A DNA stretch of 64,000 nucleotides from an uncultured Chitinophagaceae bacterium (GCA_964409765.1 CAYPEM010000007.1:12033-76032), one strand, 5' to 3'. Shown: positions 30,391-40,611, counted from the first letter of the stretch. Translations and numbers: made by a program. Notes: generated from the sequence alone by a model not told the origin.

Positions 30391-31212
30391 TTATTTTTTA
30401 ATTTCCATTACATGAAATGTGTAAACAACGTTGATTTCTACACCTTTTGAATTATCCGACGATGAAAAGTTCTTGATACCGAATAACAATAACGATAGAT
30501 CATCTGAAACACTTGTTTCAAGTCCAAGCTTTATATTTGATAAATGCCGGATTCCGTTTCCATCATGGCCTCTTCGTCCGGAAGATTGAAGATGCAGATC
30601 TGTTGTGGATCCGATGGGCAAAAGATATTCAATACCATAGATAAATACATCATGTTGTGAACTGACAAGAGTAGGGTCTCCAAGGATTCCAAGACCTGTA
30701 TTGATAGTCCATAAACCTACAAAATGTTTTTGAAATAATAACGATGAAAAGAAATTCATTTCGTCAATGCCAAGACCGGATTCATTACTTGCATTAGGAA
30801 GCTGAACTCCAAAACGAACCGAGAATCCTATTGATGAGGAGTATTCATTTAACACACTAAACTTTGTCCATAATGAAAAATCTCCAATATCAGCAGTCTG
30901 ATTATTGGTAGTTGTTATCCCAGAATTGAAAGCAGGTTGTCTCTTGGTAATGTCAAGAATGTTCAATAACGTTCCTTCTGTTTGGAGTTCAACAAATCCG
31001 CTAAGAGATATGCAGAACCGCAAATTACCCAATTTCCAAAGGCTACCTTCCAATCCGGAAAGAGGGAACGGTTGTTGAAGAAAACGAGCAGCTCCAAATT
31101 CTATTTGAGCATGGCCCGGATCAAGAAGGGTTGCGGTTTCAATAGCGTGAAGATGCTGTTGAGAAATTAGAATTGAAGGAAGGATACAGAGAAGAAGTAA
31201 GAATTTCTTCAA
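30391..31212 (-). CDS. Putative outer-membrane beta-barrel protein, function unknown
   Basis: TTG start with an AGGA ribosome-binding site, signal peptide KKFLLLLCILPSILISQ, and alternating-hydrophobic strands throughout. Confidence 0.5.
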   Translation of the reverse strand: MKKFLLLLCILPSILISQQHLHAIETATLLDPGHAQIEFGAARFLQQPFPLSGLEGSLWKLGNLRFCISLSGFVELQTEGTLLNILDITKRQPAFNSGITTTNNQTADIGDFSLWTKFSVLNEYSSSIGFSVRFGVQLPNASNESGLGIDEMNFFSSLLFQKHFVGLWTINTGLGILGDPTLVSSQHDVFIYGIEYLLPIGSTTDLHLQSSGRRGHDGNGIRHLSNIKLGLETSVSDDLSLLLFGIKNFSSSDNSKGVEINVVYTFHVMEIKK

Positions 31213-31232
31213 AATAATCCTGAATGAATATT

Positions 31233-31269
31233 ATAAAATAAAAACGCCGACAAATTTTTTGTCGGCGTT
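31233..31269 (-). terminator. Rho-independent terminator immediately after nuoF
   Basis: AACGCCGACA / TGTCGGCGTT stem. On the minus strand it is followed by TTTTATTTTAT. Confidence 0.8.
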
Positions 31270-31284
31270 ATGGTTATAGTAGAA

Positions 31285-32547
31285 TTAAGCAGTTTCTGTT
31301 TCTTTATGTTTTACTCGTTGTTCAAATTCTTCACGGAATCGCTTTACGAAACTTTGAACAGGCCATGCAGCAGCATCTCCAAGCGCACATATTGTATTTC
31401 CTTCGATCTGATTTGCAACAGTTACGAGCATATCAACATCTTCCGGACGTGCTTCGTAATGCTCAAAGCGATGAAGCATTTTTTCAAGCCAGCCAGTTCC
31501 TTCACGACATGGAGTACATTGTCCGCAAGATTCGTGATGATAGAAATGTGCGATACGTGCTAAGACTTTTACCAAGTCGGTATCTTCATCCATAACGATC
31601 AAACCCGCTGTACCAACGGATGAACCGGCTGCTTTTAATGAATCAGCATCCATATTCACGCCTTCAAGTTTTTCACCACGTAGTACCATTGTTGACGAAC
31701 CACCCGGGATGACAGCCTTGATTTTTTTTCCATTCAAAACACCACCGCCATATTGCGGATCATTGATCAATGTTAATAACGGAACACCTGTTGGAATTTC
31801 ATACACACCTGGTTGGTTAACATGACCGCTGATACCCACGAGAATTGGTCCAGGGTGTTTTGCAACTCCGATTTTAGAATACCACTCTGATCCTTTATTG
31901 ATAATGAGCGGGATATTCGTCATAGTTTCCACATTATTGATAGTGGTAGGTGCTGCCCACAATCCTTTTTGTGCCGGAAACGGTGGTTTCATTCGTGGGT
32001 AACCGCGGTCACCTTCAAGAGAGTTCATCAATGATGATTCCTCACCACAAATATATGCACCCGCACCTTTGTGGGTATAGATGTTTGTTGAGAATCCAGA
32101 ACCTAAAATATTTTCTCCAATATATCCCTTTGCATAAGCATCAGCCAATGCTTTATCAACCATTTTTATCCATTTACCGTATTCACCGCGGATGTAAATA
32201 TACGCCGCTGTAATTCCCATTGCATAACACCCAATGATAATTCCTTCGATCATCATATGCGGATTAAATTCAAAAATCTGACGGTCCTTAAATGTACCAG
32301 GTTCAGATTCATCTCCGTTTACCGCAAGATATTTTGGTTTATCATTACCCTTTGGCATAAATGACCATTTCATACCTGTTGGGAAACATGCGCCGCCCCG
32401 TCCTCGCAATCCGGATTTTTTTACCTCATCAATAACCTCGTCCGGTTTTATCGTCAGCACTTTTTTTAAAGCAGAATATCCGCCGTGCTGTTCGTAGATA
32501 TCGATCAAGTGATAATCTTTTATTTCAGGGAGAATATATTTTTCCAT
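31285..32547 (-). CDS. nuoF: NADH-quinone oxidoreductase subunit F
   Basis: GLRGRGGACFPTG (FMN/NADH site) and ESCGQCTPCREG (N3 cluster). Confidence 0.95.
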   Translation of the reverse strand: MEKYILPEIKDYHLIDIYEQHGGYSALKKVLTIKPDEVIDEVKKSGLRGRGGACFPTGMKWSFMPKGNDKPKYLAVNGDESEPGTFKDRQIFEFNPHMMIEGIIIGCYAMGITAAYIYIRGEYGKWIKMVDKALADAYAKGYIGENILGSGFSTNIYTHKGAGAYICGEESSLMNSLEGDRGYPRMKPPFPAQKGLWAAPTTINNVETMTNIPLIINKGSEWYSKIGVAKHPGPILVGISGHVNQPGVYEIPTGVPLLTLINDPQYGGGVLNGKKIKAVIPGGSSTMVLRGEKLEGVNMDADSLKAAGSSVGTAGLIVMDEDTDLVKVLARIAHFYHHESCGQCTPCREGTGWLEKMLHRFEHYEARPEDVDMLVTVANQIEGNTICALGDAAAWPVQSFVKRFREEFEQRVKHKETETA

Positions 32548-32580
32548 AAATTCACATTCAATACTTTTAAGGTCTGCTGA

Positions 32581-33045
32581 TTATTTCAAGCTTGCAAGTA
32601 ACTGTTCTGTTTTTTCTGGTGTAAGATGTTCGTGGTATTCTTCTCCGATTGCCAGCATTGGTGCCCCGCCGCATGCTCCCATACATTCAACTTCGCTGAT
32701 CGTGAATTTCCCATCCGGTGATGTGGAACCAAGTTTTGTTCCGCATGCTTTTTCTACTGCAGAGAGGATCCTGTCCGAACCGCGCAGCAAACAAGAAACG
32801 TTCGTGCAAACCTCGATATGATATTTCCCAAGCTTCTTGTCATTGTACATTGTGTAAAACGTAACAACACCCATAACATGGGCATACGGTACTCCAACAA
32901 GATCTCCGATATATTTCATCATCTCTTGAGAAATCCAGCCTTCTTGTTCTTGGGCAATCCATAGAATTGGAAGAAGTGCAGCTTTTTTAGCGGGATATTT
33001 TTTGAATAGTAATTCTACTTTTTGAAGATTCTCTTGATTAAGCAT
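32581..33045 (-). CDS. nuoE: NADH-quinone oxidoreductase subunit E
   Basis: 2Fe-2S cysteines in CTNVSCLLRG and CMGACGGAP. Confidence 0.93.
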   Translation of the reverse strand: MLNQENLQKVELLFKKYPAKKAALLPILWIAQEQEGWISQEMMKYIGDLVGVPYAHVMGVVTFYTMYNDKKLGKYHIEVCTNVSCLLRGSDRILSAVEKACGTKLGSTSPDGKFTISEVECMGACGGAPMLAIGEEYHEHLTPEKTEQLLASLK

Positions 33046-33114
33046 ATAAGGACTGATATGGATGAAAAAATTAAGCTACCAAAATGGTTCTCACTTTGGA
33101 AGTGTCTTTAATGA

Positions 33115-34371
33115 TTATTTGTCAGCTTCACCCATAACCGGATCGAGGCTTCCAAGCACAGCAACAATATCGGAGATCATTCCGCCTTCAACTAATTGAG
33201 CGGTTGATTGTAAATTCATGAACGAGGGAGAACGGATCTTTAACCTCCAGGGATGTCCTTCACCTCGTGATTGAATATAGAATCCGAGTTCACCTTTTGA
33301 TGCTTCAACGGCATGATAAATTTCACCAACCGGAGGATTCACTCCAAAATTGATGAGCATAAAGTCATGAATGAGTTCTTCCATTCGCGTATACACTTGT
33401 TCTTTTCGCGGAAGGACCTTTTTAGGCTCGTTTGCGTGCACAATACCGGTTGGCATTTTATCCAAGCACTGTTGAACAATTTTCACACTTTCTTTTACTT
33501 CATTCAATCGCACATAATATCGAGCCAGACAATCACCATCGTTGAGAACCGGAATATCAAAATCGAGTTCATTATAAATAAGATACGGCTGTGTTCTTCG
33601 AAGATCGTGTTCAAGTCCAACTGCCCGAATATTTGGACCACTCATTCCCATTGCAATAGCTTGTTCTTGCGAAATTACTCCTATACCATCCAACCGTTCA
33701 ACAAAAATTCTATTGGTATTCAACATGGTAATGCATTCGTTGAATTTTTCCGGGAACTGGTTAATGAATTCTTTGACAGCGATAATAACTTCTGGGGTCA
33801 TATCATGCGCCAGACCGCCAACACGAGTAAAACTTGTGGTAAAACGTGCACCAGTCAGCAATTCAAAAATATCGTACATCTTTTCACGTTCACGAAATGT
33901 CCATGTAAAGACAGTCAAAGCTCCAACATCCATTGCCAGCGCACCTATTCCCAACAAATGCGAAGAAATGCGAGCCATCTCAGAGATAATAGTTCGAATA
34001 TATTGTGCACGCCGTGGTGCTTCAATTCCTACAAGTTTCTCAACTGCAAGAACGTAAGCGGTATTGTTCATTAAAGGCGATAAGTAATCCAGGCGGTCTG
34101 TGTGAGGTATAAATTCGTGATAAGAAACATTCTCCGCTAGTTTTTCATAACCTCGATGGAGGTAGCCTAATTCAGGAATACAAGCAGCGACCGTTTCACC
34201 ATCCAACTTAATTAAAAGCCGTAATACACCATGGGTTGCAGGATGCTGCGGCCCCATGTTCAATATCATTTCATTATCAAGTGCATCATCAAAGTAGACG
34301 CTGGTATTTTTATTCTCAAGGGCGGCAAGAATCTTTTGCTGCCGAACATCCATTGCTTGTTCAATATTCAT
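33115..34371 (-). CDS. nuoD: NADH-quinone oxidoreductase subunit D
   Basis: 418 aa; NMGPQHPATHGVLRL and LGYLHRG motifs. Confidence 0.95.
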   Translation of the reverse strand: MNIEQAMDVRQQKILAALENKNTSVYFDDALDNEMILNMGPQHPATHGVLRLLIKLDGETVAACIPELGYLHRGYEKLAENVSYHEFIPHTDRLDYLSPLMNNTAYVLAVEKLVGIEAPRRAQYIRTIISEMARISSHLLGIGALAMDVGALTVFTWTFREREKMYDIFELLTGARFTTSFTRVGGLAHDMTPEVIIAVKEFINQFPEKFNECITMLNTNRIFVERLDGIGVISQEQAIAMGMSGPNIRAVGLEHDLRRTQPYLIYNELDFDIPVLNDGDCLARYYVRLNEVKESVKIVQQCLDKMPTGIVHANEPKKVLPRKEQVYTRMEELIHDFMLINFGVNPPVGEIYHAVEASKGELGFYIQSRGEGHPWRLKIRSPSFMNLQSTAQLVEGGMISDIVAVLGSLDPVMGEADK

Positions 34372-34400
34372 TATGTCAATGCTCTATTATAAAGAAGGAT

Positions 34401-34883
34401 TTATTTTCTGGGAAGCGGTATTGAATCAGGAACACCCATCATTGGAAAATCTTTTCTAAGAGGGAAGTATTCAAATTCTTCAGGCATATACATCCTGCGA
34501 AGATCATCATGTCCATCGAAAATGATCCCGAACATGTCATAGGTCTCACGTTCCGGCCAATTAGCCCCCGGCCAAACAGAAATTACGGAAGGACAATGCA
34601 AATCAGCTTCATCCACAAATACTTTCAGACGTATACGATGTTTATACGACAAGGAGTAAAGGTTATATATTACTTCAAAACGATTCTCCGGAGTATAGGC
34701 ATCTGCACCACAGATATCACTGCAATAATTGAATAATCCAGATTCATCATCTCTTAGGAATTCGCACACTTTCACAATATCTTCTTTTTTAATATGAAGA
34801 GTCGTCTCATTTCGAAATTCACGGATATCCAGAATGCTATTAGGGAGTTTTGATTTTAGTTTTTCTATGACGGTCGTTAGCAT
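34401..34883 (-). CDS. nuoC: NADH-quinone oxidoreductase subunit C
   Basis: ERETYDMFGIIFDGH motif. Start moved to ATG 34883 (MLTTVIEKL) to remove the overlap with nuoB. Confidence 0.9.
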   Translation of the reverse strand: MLTTVIEKLKSKLPNSILDIREFRNETTLHIKKEDIVKVCEFLRDDESGLFNYCSDICGADAYTPENRFEVIYNLYSLSYKHRIRLKVFVDEADLHCPSVISVWPGANWPERETYDMFGIIFDGHDDLRRMYMPEEFEYFPLRKDFPMMGVPDSIPLPRK

Positions 34884-34914
34884 ATTTGAAGGGTAATTCT
34901 GAATTGACAAAAAA

Positions 34915-35457
34915 TTAATTATTATTGATACCTTGGATCTGAAGAAGTTGTTGCTCCTGACGTTCAGCACTTACAGTCATCGGTGTGCTTTTGCTTTCAC
35001 CACGTTGGATCTTTTCTTGGATCATGAGCAACGCGTGAAGCAAGTTATCGGGACGAGGGGGGCATCCGGCTACATAGACATCAACCGGTAAAAACTGATC
35101 GATTCCTTGAACGACAGAATATGTTCTATACATCCCACCGGAGGATGTACAGGCTCCCATCGCAATCACCCATTTAGGATCCGGCATCTGATCATAAATC
35201 TTTCTGACAACTGTTGCCATTTTGTAGGTTGTTGTCCCGGCTACAATCAACAAGTCGGCTTGGCGTGGTGAGAACCGGAATACTTCAGCACCAAAACGAG
35301 CAACGTCGAATCTAGGCATTGCGAAAGCCATCATTTCTATTCCACAGCAAGAGATGCCAAGCGGCATCGGCCACAATGAGTTTTTTCGACACCAATTAAT
35401 TGCAGAATCTATTGTTGTGGTTAACGCTGTATCTCCCAGGGCATGCTCTAATCCCAT
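34915..35457 (-). CDS. nuoB: NADH-quinone oxidoreductase subunit B
   Basis: N2-cluster cysteines in [16 protein letters not shown] and GCPPRP. Confidence 0.95.
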   Translation of the reverse strand: MGLEHALGDTALTTTIDSAINWCRKNSLWPMPLGISCCGIEMMAFAMPRFDVARFGAEVFRFSPRQADLLIVAGTTTYKMATVVRKIYDQMPDPKWVIAMGACTSSGGMYRTYSVVQGIDQFLPVDVYVAGCPPRPDNLLHALLMIQEKIQRGESKSTPMTVSAERQEQQLLQIQGINNN

Positions 35458-35822
35458 TGTAACGCTCCTTTTTTCAGAATATAAATGTATCCGACAAATA
35501 AAATTAGGATGAATAAAATCATTTCGATATATCCAAACATACCCAGCGCTCTGAAATTCACTGCCCAGGGATATAAAAAGATCACCTCTATATCAAAGAG
35601 AATGAAAAGAACTGCGACCATATAATATTTTACTGAAAATCTTTCGCGCGCAGAATTTACCGGAGGCATTCCGCTTTCGTAGGTGGAAAGTTTTTCTTTA
35701 TTCGGACGATTTGGTCCGAGAAAGCGATGGAGTGTTAGAAACACAAGACCAAGTAATGCACTAACACCGAGCATGACGAAGATAGGAAGATAATTTTGCA
35801 TTTGGTTTAATATTGGGTGCAA
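35448..35822 (-). CDS. nuoA: NADH-quinone oxidoreductase subunit A
   Basis: 124 aa, three transmembrane segments, YESGMPP motif; overlaps the nuoB start. Confidence 0.9.
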   Translation of the reverse strand: MHPILNQMQNYLPIFVMLGVSALLGLVFLTLHRFLGPNRPNKEKLSTYESGMPPVNSARERFSVKYYMVAVLFILFDIEVIFLYPWAVNFRALGMFGYIEMILFILILFVGYIYILKKGALQWD

Positions 35823-36220
35823 AGAACAACAATTATATTAAAAGTTATCGAAAAAATGGTCTAAAGTCAATGTAAGGTTGTGAGGTCTGATTCACATCTC
35901 TTCATATATTTTTGAATCACATTCTAGATTTTTTTTTAACATTGTTTAATGGTTTATTTTTATAACACTTTTTCTTTGATGAATGAGTGATATTGCATTA
36001 ACAAATTACCTGCAGTTTATATTTTTTTATTGAGGGCTTTGTGGAAGTTTTATCAATGATGTTAAAAAAATTTCTATAACGGATTATGGGGGACAATAGA
36101 AAAATGATCCATTTATAACGGCAGTATGTGGCAATTGTCAAGCAATGAAGAAACTGATGAGACGGTGTCAAGTTATGTTTTATTACTATAAAGCACTCAA
36201 AAAAAGACTTAATTTTTTTC

Positions 36221-36249
36221 TTGACTTGAGTAGTATAACCCTCTATATT
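36221..36249 (+). promoter_or_regulatory. Sigma-70-type promoter upstream of nrdJ
   Basis: TTGACT (36221-36226), 17-nt spacer, TATATT (36244-36249). Implies a 5' leader of about 200 nt. Confidence 0.55.
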
Positions 36250-36458
36250 CGCTTGTAGTTAGAGTGAACATAGTTCTCACCGTACTATCAAATCGTTAAT
36301 AATATTAGCTTCACATAGTTTTTTCTCAGTAAAATGAGGAATTCGATATTTTTTTTCTTTTTATAACTCTAAAACAACTTTTTTTGAGTTACTCCAAAAT
36401 CAGACAATACACTATCAATTTTATAACACAGTTTTAATTAACAGGAGGACATAACCCA

Positions 36459-39200
36459 ATGAGTGACACAAAGGTAGCGGTAAAAGAAACTGCGACATCA
36501 CGAAAAACCGGGACTCAGGGGCTCACATTCGGTCGTTTTTTCACCAAGCAGGGTATTCATCCGTTTGATGAGATTGAATGGGAAATGAGAACCGCAGTAA
36601 TCACAAATGAAAAAGGGGAAAAGATTTTTGAACAGAAGAATGTTGAGATCCCAAAATCGTGGTCGATGACCGCTACAAATGTTGTTGTGTCAAAATATTT
36701 TCATGGACTTATTGGGACACCAGATCGTGAAACCAGCGTGCGACAGATCGTAGATCGTGTTGCAAAATCAACTGTGGCGTGGGGACGCAAACAAAAATAT
36801 TTTGCAACTGAACAAGATGCAGATATTTTCTATAGTGAATTATGTTTTATTCTTGTTAATCAATACATGGCTTTCAACAGCCCCGTTTGGTTCAACGTAG
36901 GTATAGAAGAGCGACCACAATGTTCAGCTTGTTTCATCAACTCTGTTCAAGACTCCATGGAATCAATTCTTGGGTTAGCCCGTACTGAAGGAATGCTCTT
37001 TAAATTTGGTTCTGGTACCGGTTCAAATCTCTCGACATTACGTTCTTCAAAAGAAGTTCTTGCCGGCGGGGGTACTGCTTCAGGACCGGTATCCTTTATG
37101 AAAGGTTTTGATGCGTTTGCCGGCGTTATAAAATCAGGTGGAAAAACTCGCCGCGCTGCAAAGATGGTCATTCTCAATGTTGATCATCCGGATGTGGTGG
37201 ATTTTATTAACTGCAAAGCTGTGGAAGAGAAAAAAGCCTGGGCGTTGATCGATGCTGGATATAATGGAGGATTCAATGTTCCTGGTGGGGCATATGACTC
37301 TATCTCATATCAGAATGCAAATCATTCGGTTCGTGTAACTGATGATTTCATGAAAGCAGTCCTTGAAGATAAAGAATGGCAAACGAAGTCGATCAAGGGA
37401 GGAAAACCGGTTGATACATTCCGCGCCCGTGATCTTATGAGACAAATTTCTGAAGCTGCGTGGTTATGCGGAGATCCGGGAATGCAGTTCGATACAACAG
37501 TAAATGCATGGCATACATCCTCAAATACAGCTCGCATCAATGCGTCGAATCCGTGCAGCGAATATATGTATCTAGATGATTCAGCATGTAACCTTGCATC
37601 TCTCAATTTGATGAAGTTCCGTACTGATGATGGTGAGTTTAATGTTGAAGCTTTCAAATTCGCAGTTGATATAACGATCACAGCACAAGAAATCTTTGTA
37701 GACAATGCAAGTTATCCGACACCAATGATCGAAAAAAATAGTCATGATTATCGTCCACTCGGTTTGGGTTACGCAAACCTTGGTGCGTTATTGATGGCTC
37801 GCGGTTTAGCATATGATAGTGAATCTGGTCGCGAATATGCAGCAGCAATTACTTCGTTGATGTGCGGAGAAGCGTATGCCCAGTCATCACGAATAGCTAA
37901 AGAAATGGGACCGTTCAAAGGATATGCTGTCAATCGTGAACCGATGCTGAATGTAATGAATAAGCATAGTGTTCATGCAGATAAAATCTCTCAGCAATAT
38001 GTTCCAAGCCAATTATGGGAAGCTTCCAGCACTTCGTGGAAAGAAGCAATTGAACTTGGAAAAGAATCCGGATACCGCAACGGACAAGCTACCGTGCTTG
38101 CACCAACCGGCACCATCGGATTTATGATGGACTGCGACACCACCGGTGTTGAACCCGATATCGCTCTCGTGAAATACAAAAAACTCGTCGGCGGCGGAAT
38201 GATGAAGATCGTCAATCAGACAGTTCCTGAAGCGCTTCGTAAGCTTAATTATGACAGCGAGCAGATCGAACATATCATTTCCTACATTGATAAGAATGAT
38301 ACAATAGAAGGGGCACCGTTCCTGAAGGAAGAACATCTATCGGTATTTGATTGTGCATTCAAACCATCAAAAGGAAAACGTTCTATTCAATATATGGGAC
38401 ATATCAAAATGATGGGTGCAACACAACCGTTCCTTTCCGGTGCAATTTCCAAAACAGTGAATATGCCGAGTGAAGTGACACCCGATGAAATTATGCAGGC
38501 GTATGTTGAATCGTGGAAACTCGGTTTAAAAGCTGTTGCAGTCTATCGTGACGGATGCAAACGCACACAACCTCTTTCGACTTCGTTAGACAGCGATAAA
38601 AAGAAAGAAGAGAAAAAAACGGAAATACGTCTTGCACGTCGCCGATTACCGGCAGAACGCAAAGCTTATACCCATAAGTTCAGCATTGCCGGTCATGAAG
38701 GATATATCACCGCCGGCATGTATGAAGATGGTTTACCGGGTGAAGTTTTCATCACGATGTCGAAAGAAGGTTCAACGCTTTCCGGTATGATGGATGCGTT
38801 TGCAACTTCGATTTCCATAGCACTTCAATACGGTGTTCCGGTAAAAGTGCTTGTGGATAAATTCTCGCATATGCGGTTTGAACCTTCAGGGTTCACACAG
38901 AATCCCGAGATTCCGATCGCAAAATCGATCTGCGATTATATCTTCCGCTGGTTAGGGATTAAATTCCTGCCGAAGGATGAACAGCCGATCAATGTTGTTG
39001 CTGAATCAATGGTATTAGAAACACCGAAAGTTGAATCCCGCGTTGTTGAAACAATGGCTGCAGCGGCAGAACGGGGAGAAAAATACGTATTCCAAACACA
39101 GGCAGATGCACCGCCGTGCCATGAATGCGGAAGTTTGATGATCCGTTCGGGTGCATGCTATAAATGCACGCAATGTGGTTCGACTTCAGGCTGCTCATAA
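36459..39200 (+). CDS. nrdJ: Class II (adenosylcobalamin-dependent) ribonucleotide reductase
   Basis: 913 aa. Active-site NPCSEY, TGVEPD, and C-terminal zinc ribbon CHECGSLMIRSGACYKCTQCG. AGGAGG ribosome-binding site. Confidence 0.93.
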   Translation: MSDTKVAVKETATSRKTGTQGLTFGRFFTKQGIHPFDEIEWEMRTAVITNEKGEKIFEQKNVEIPKSWSMTATNVVVSKYFHGLIGTPDRETSVRQIVDRVAKSTVAWGRKQKYFATEQDADIFYSELCFILVNQYMAFNSPVWFNVGIEERPQCSACFINSVQDSMESILGLARTEGMLFKFGSGTGSNLSTLRSSKEVLAGGGTASGPVSFMKGFDAFAGVIKSGGKTRRAAKMVILNVDHPDVVDFINCKAVEEKKAWALIDAGYNGGFNVPGGAYDSISYQNANHSVRVTDDFMKAVLEDKEWQTKSIKGGKPVDTFRARDLMRQISEAAWLCGDPGMQFDTTVNAWHTSSNTARINASNPCSEYMYLDDSACNLASLNLMKFRTDDGEFNVEAFKFAVDITITAQEIFVDNASYPTPMIEKNSHDYRPLGLGYANLGALLMARGLAYDSESGREYAAAITSLMCGEAYAQSSRIAKEMGPFKGYAVNREPMLNVMNKHSVHADKISQQYVPSQLWEASSTSWKEAIELGKESGYRNGQATVLAPTGTIGFMMDCDTTGVEPDIALVKYKKLVGGGMMKIVNQTVPEALRKLNYDSEQIEHIISYIDKNDTIEGAPFLKEEHLSVFDCAFKPSKGKRSIQYMGHIKMMGATQPFLSGAISKTVNMPSEVTPDEIMQAYVESWKLGLKAVAVYRDGCKRTQPLSTSLDSDKKKEEKKTEIRLARRRLPAERKAYTHKFSIAGHEGYITAGMYEDGLPGEVFITMSKEGSTLSGMMDAFATSISIALQYGVPVKVLVDKFSHMRFEPSGFTQNPEIPIAKSICDYIFRWLGIKFLPKDEQPINVVAESMVLETPKVESRVVETMAAAAERGEKYVFQTQADAPPCHECGSLMIRSGACYKCTQCGSTSGCS

Positions 39201-39235
39201 GTTTTAGCCACAGAAAACACAGAGAAGTAAATAAA

Positions 39236-39268
39236 AAACGCCGAGACAGAAATGTCCTCGGCGTTTTT
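39236..39268 (+). terminator. Rho-independent terminator of nrdJ
   Basis: ACGCCGAG / CTCGGCGT stem followed by TTTTTG. Confidence 0.75.
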
Positions 39269-39287
39269 GCGTTTAAAAAAATAACAC

Positions 39288-39316
39288 TTGACTTTAGAGT
39301 TTTGTATGTTTAATAT
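39288..39316 (+). promoter_or_regulatory. Sigma-70-type promoter of the GbsR-like regulator / lipid cluster
   Basis: TTGACT (39288-39293), 17-nt spacer, TAATAT (39311-39316). Confidence 0.55.
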
Positions 39317-39317
39317 T

Positions 39318-39333
39318 TTCTGAACATTCAGAA
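39318..39333. promoter_or_regulatory. Palindromic operator candidate at the transcription start region
   Basis: TTCTGAA-CA-TTCAGAA lies 1 nt after the -10 hexamer. GAACAT is also directly repeated. Confidence 0.5.
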
Positions 39334-39350
39334 CATAAGGAGTTGCACTG

Positions 39351-39842
39351 ATGCATAAACTTACCGCGCAGCAGAAATTGTTCGTTGAAGAATTTGGAAA
39401 TCTGTATGCATCGTACGGCTTCAAGCGGATGAACGGATTGATCATCGGACTCCTCCTTACGACTCCTGAAGCACTCTCTCTCGGTGAAATCTGCCGTCTT
39501 CTTAACCGCAGCAAAGGTCTTATCTCCGAAGCAACCCGCCGTCTTAATTCACTTGGATTCATTAAAAAAAGCAGCGGTGCAGACAGCAGAAAAGATTATT
39601 ACGTTGCGGACGATGAGATTTTCATCAATGTATTCCACTTCAACATGGGAACTGTCCGAAAGAATCTCTCTCTTGCAGAAACATTCCTCAATCAATTGAG
39701 CAATGATAAATCACCTGAGCAGAAGCGTTGGAGAGAAAATCTTGCAATGATGGAAATCTTCTATGAACACATGAATGATTTCTACAAGGAGTTCGATACA
39801 GTTTGGCGTAAAAAAAAGAAAGCATTATACCGATCTAAATAG
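39351..39842 (+). CDS. GbsR/MarR-family (COG1510-type) transcriptional regulator
   Basis: FVEEFGNLYASYGFKRMNGLIIGLLL...LSLGEICRLLNRSKGLISEATRRLNSLGFI matches the GbsR-type winged-helix N-terminus. Confidence 0.75.
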   Translation: MHKLTAQQKLFVEEFGNLYASYGFKRMNGLIIGLLLTTPEALSLGEICRLLNRSKGLISEATRRLNSLGFIKKSSGADSRKDYYVADDEIFINVFHFNMGTVRKNLSLAETFLNQLSNDKSPEQKRWRENLAMMEIFYEHMNDFYKEFDTVWRKKKKALYRSK

Positions 39843-39860
39843 ATAGACAGGAAGAATATT

Positions 39861-40601
39861 ATGAGATTAAAAGATAAAGTAGCTGTTATTACCGGCGCAG
39901 GTCAAGGAATTGGAAAAACAACCGCATTACTTTTTTCACAGGAAGGAGCTTCGATTGTTGTTGCAGATATCAACGAATCTCAGGCACAAGCAACAGCAAA
40001 TGAAATTACTACGAACGGCGGTAAGGCAATTGTTGTGAAAGTGAATGTTGCAAGCCTTAAGGAATGCGATCAGTTGGCAAAAACTATAATTGAGAAATTT
40101 GGGAAGGTTGATATACTGATCAACAATGCCGGCATCACCCGTGATGCAACGCTTGCAAAAATGACCGAGGAACAATTCGACCAAGTGATCAGTGTGAACT
40201 TAAAAGGGGTCTTCAATATGACCAAAGCGATCACACCATTCATGGTCGAAAAAGGTTATGGGAAAGTGGTCAACACATCGAGCGTTGTCGGTCTGTATGG
40301 AAATTTCGGTCAAACGAATTATGTCGCAACAAAAGCAGGAGTGATCGGAATGACTAAAGTGTGGGCGCGTGAATTCGGCAGAAAAGGGATCACTGTGAAT
40401 GCAGTGGCACCGGGATTCATTGCGACGGATATGATCGCAACAGTTCCGGAAAAGGTAATCACTGGGATTAAAGAACGAACTCCTTTACAGAGGCTCGGAG
40501 AACCGATCGATATTGCCAATGCATATCTTTTTCTGTCATCAGATGAATCGGCATTCATATCGGGGATTATATTGAGTGTTGACGGAGGAATGGTCTGGTA
40601 G
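39861..40601 (+). CDS. fabG: 3-oxoacyl-ACP reductase (classical SDR, FabG-like)
   Basis: TGAGQGIG, NNAGI and YVATKAG motifs; 246 aa. Confidence 0.85.
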   Translation: MRLKDKVAVITGAGQGIGKTTALLFSQEGASIVVADINESQAQATANEITTNGGKAIVVKVNVASLKECDQLAKTIIEKFGKVDILINNAGITRDATLAKMTEEQFDQVISVNLKGVFNMTKAITPFMVEKGYGKVVNTSSVVGLYGNFGQTNYVATKAGVIGMTKVWAREFGRKGITVNAVAPGFIATDMIATVPEKVITGIKERTPLQRLGEPIDIANAYLFLSSDESAFISGIILSVDGGMVW

Positions 40602-40611
40602 ACAATTAACA

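Noticed and set aside
33313-34074. 253-aa plus-strand ORF (and the 114-aa ORF at 33713-34057)
   Set aside because: Both lie entirely antisense to nuoD, which has unmistakable motifs. The translations are low-complexity with no recognisable domain, so they are shadow ORFs.
35832-35870. Minus-strand promoter for nuoA
   Set aside because: A TTGACT-like -35 is present as AGTCAA on the plus strand at 35865-35870. The best -10 at the proper spacing (TAACTT/ATAACT) is weak, which is too uncertain to annotate.
35823-36458. Cobalamin riboswitch or clear NrdR boxes upstream of nrdJ
   Set aside because: I found no B12-box-like GC-rich core. The best NrdR-like match (ACACTATCAATTTTAT at 36409-36424) fits only about 11 of 16 consensus positions. 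It is reported only as a low-interest leader observation.
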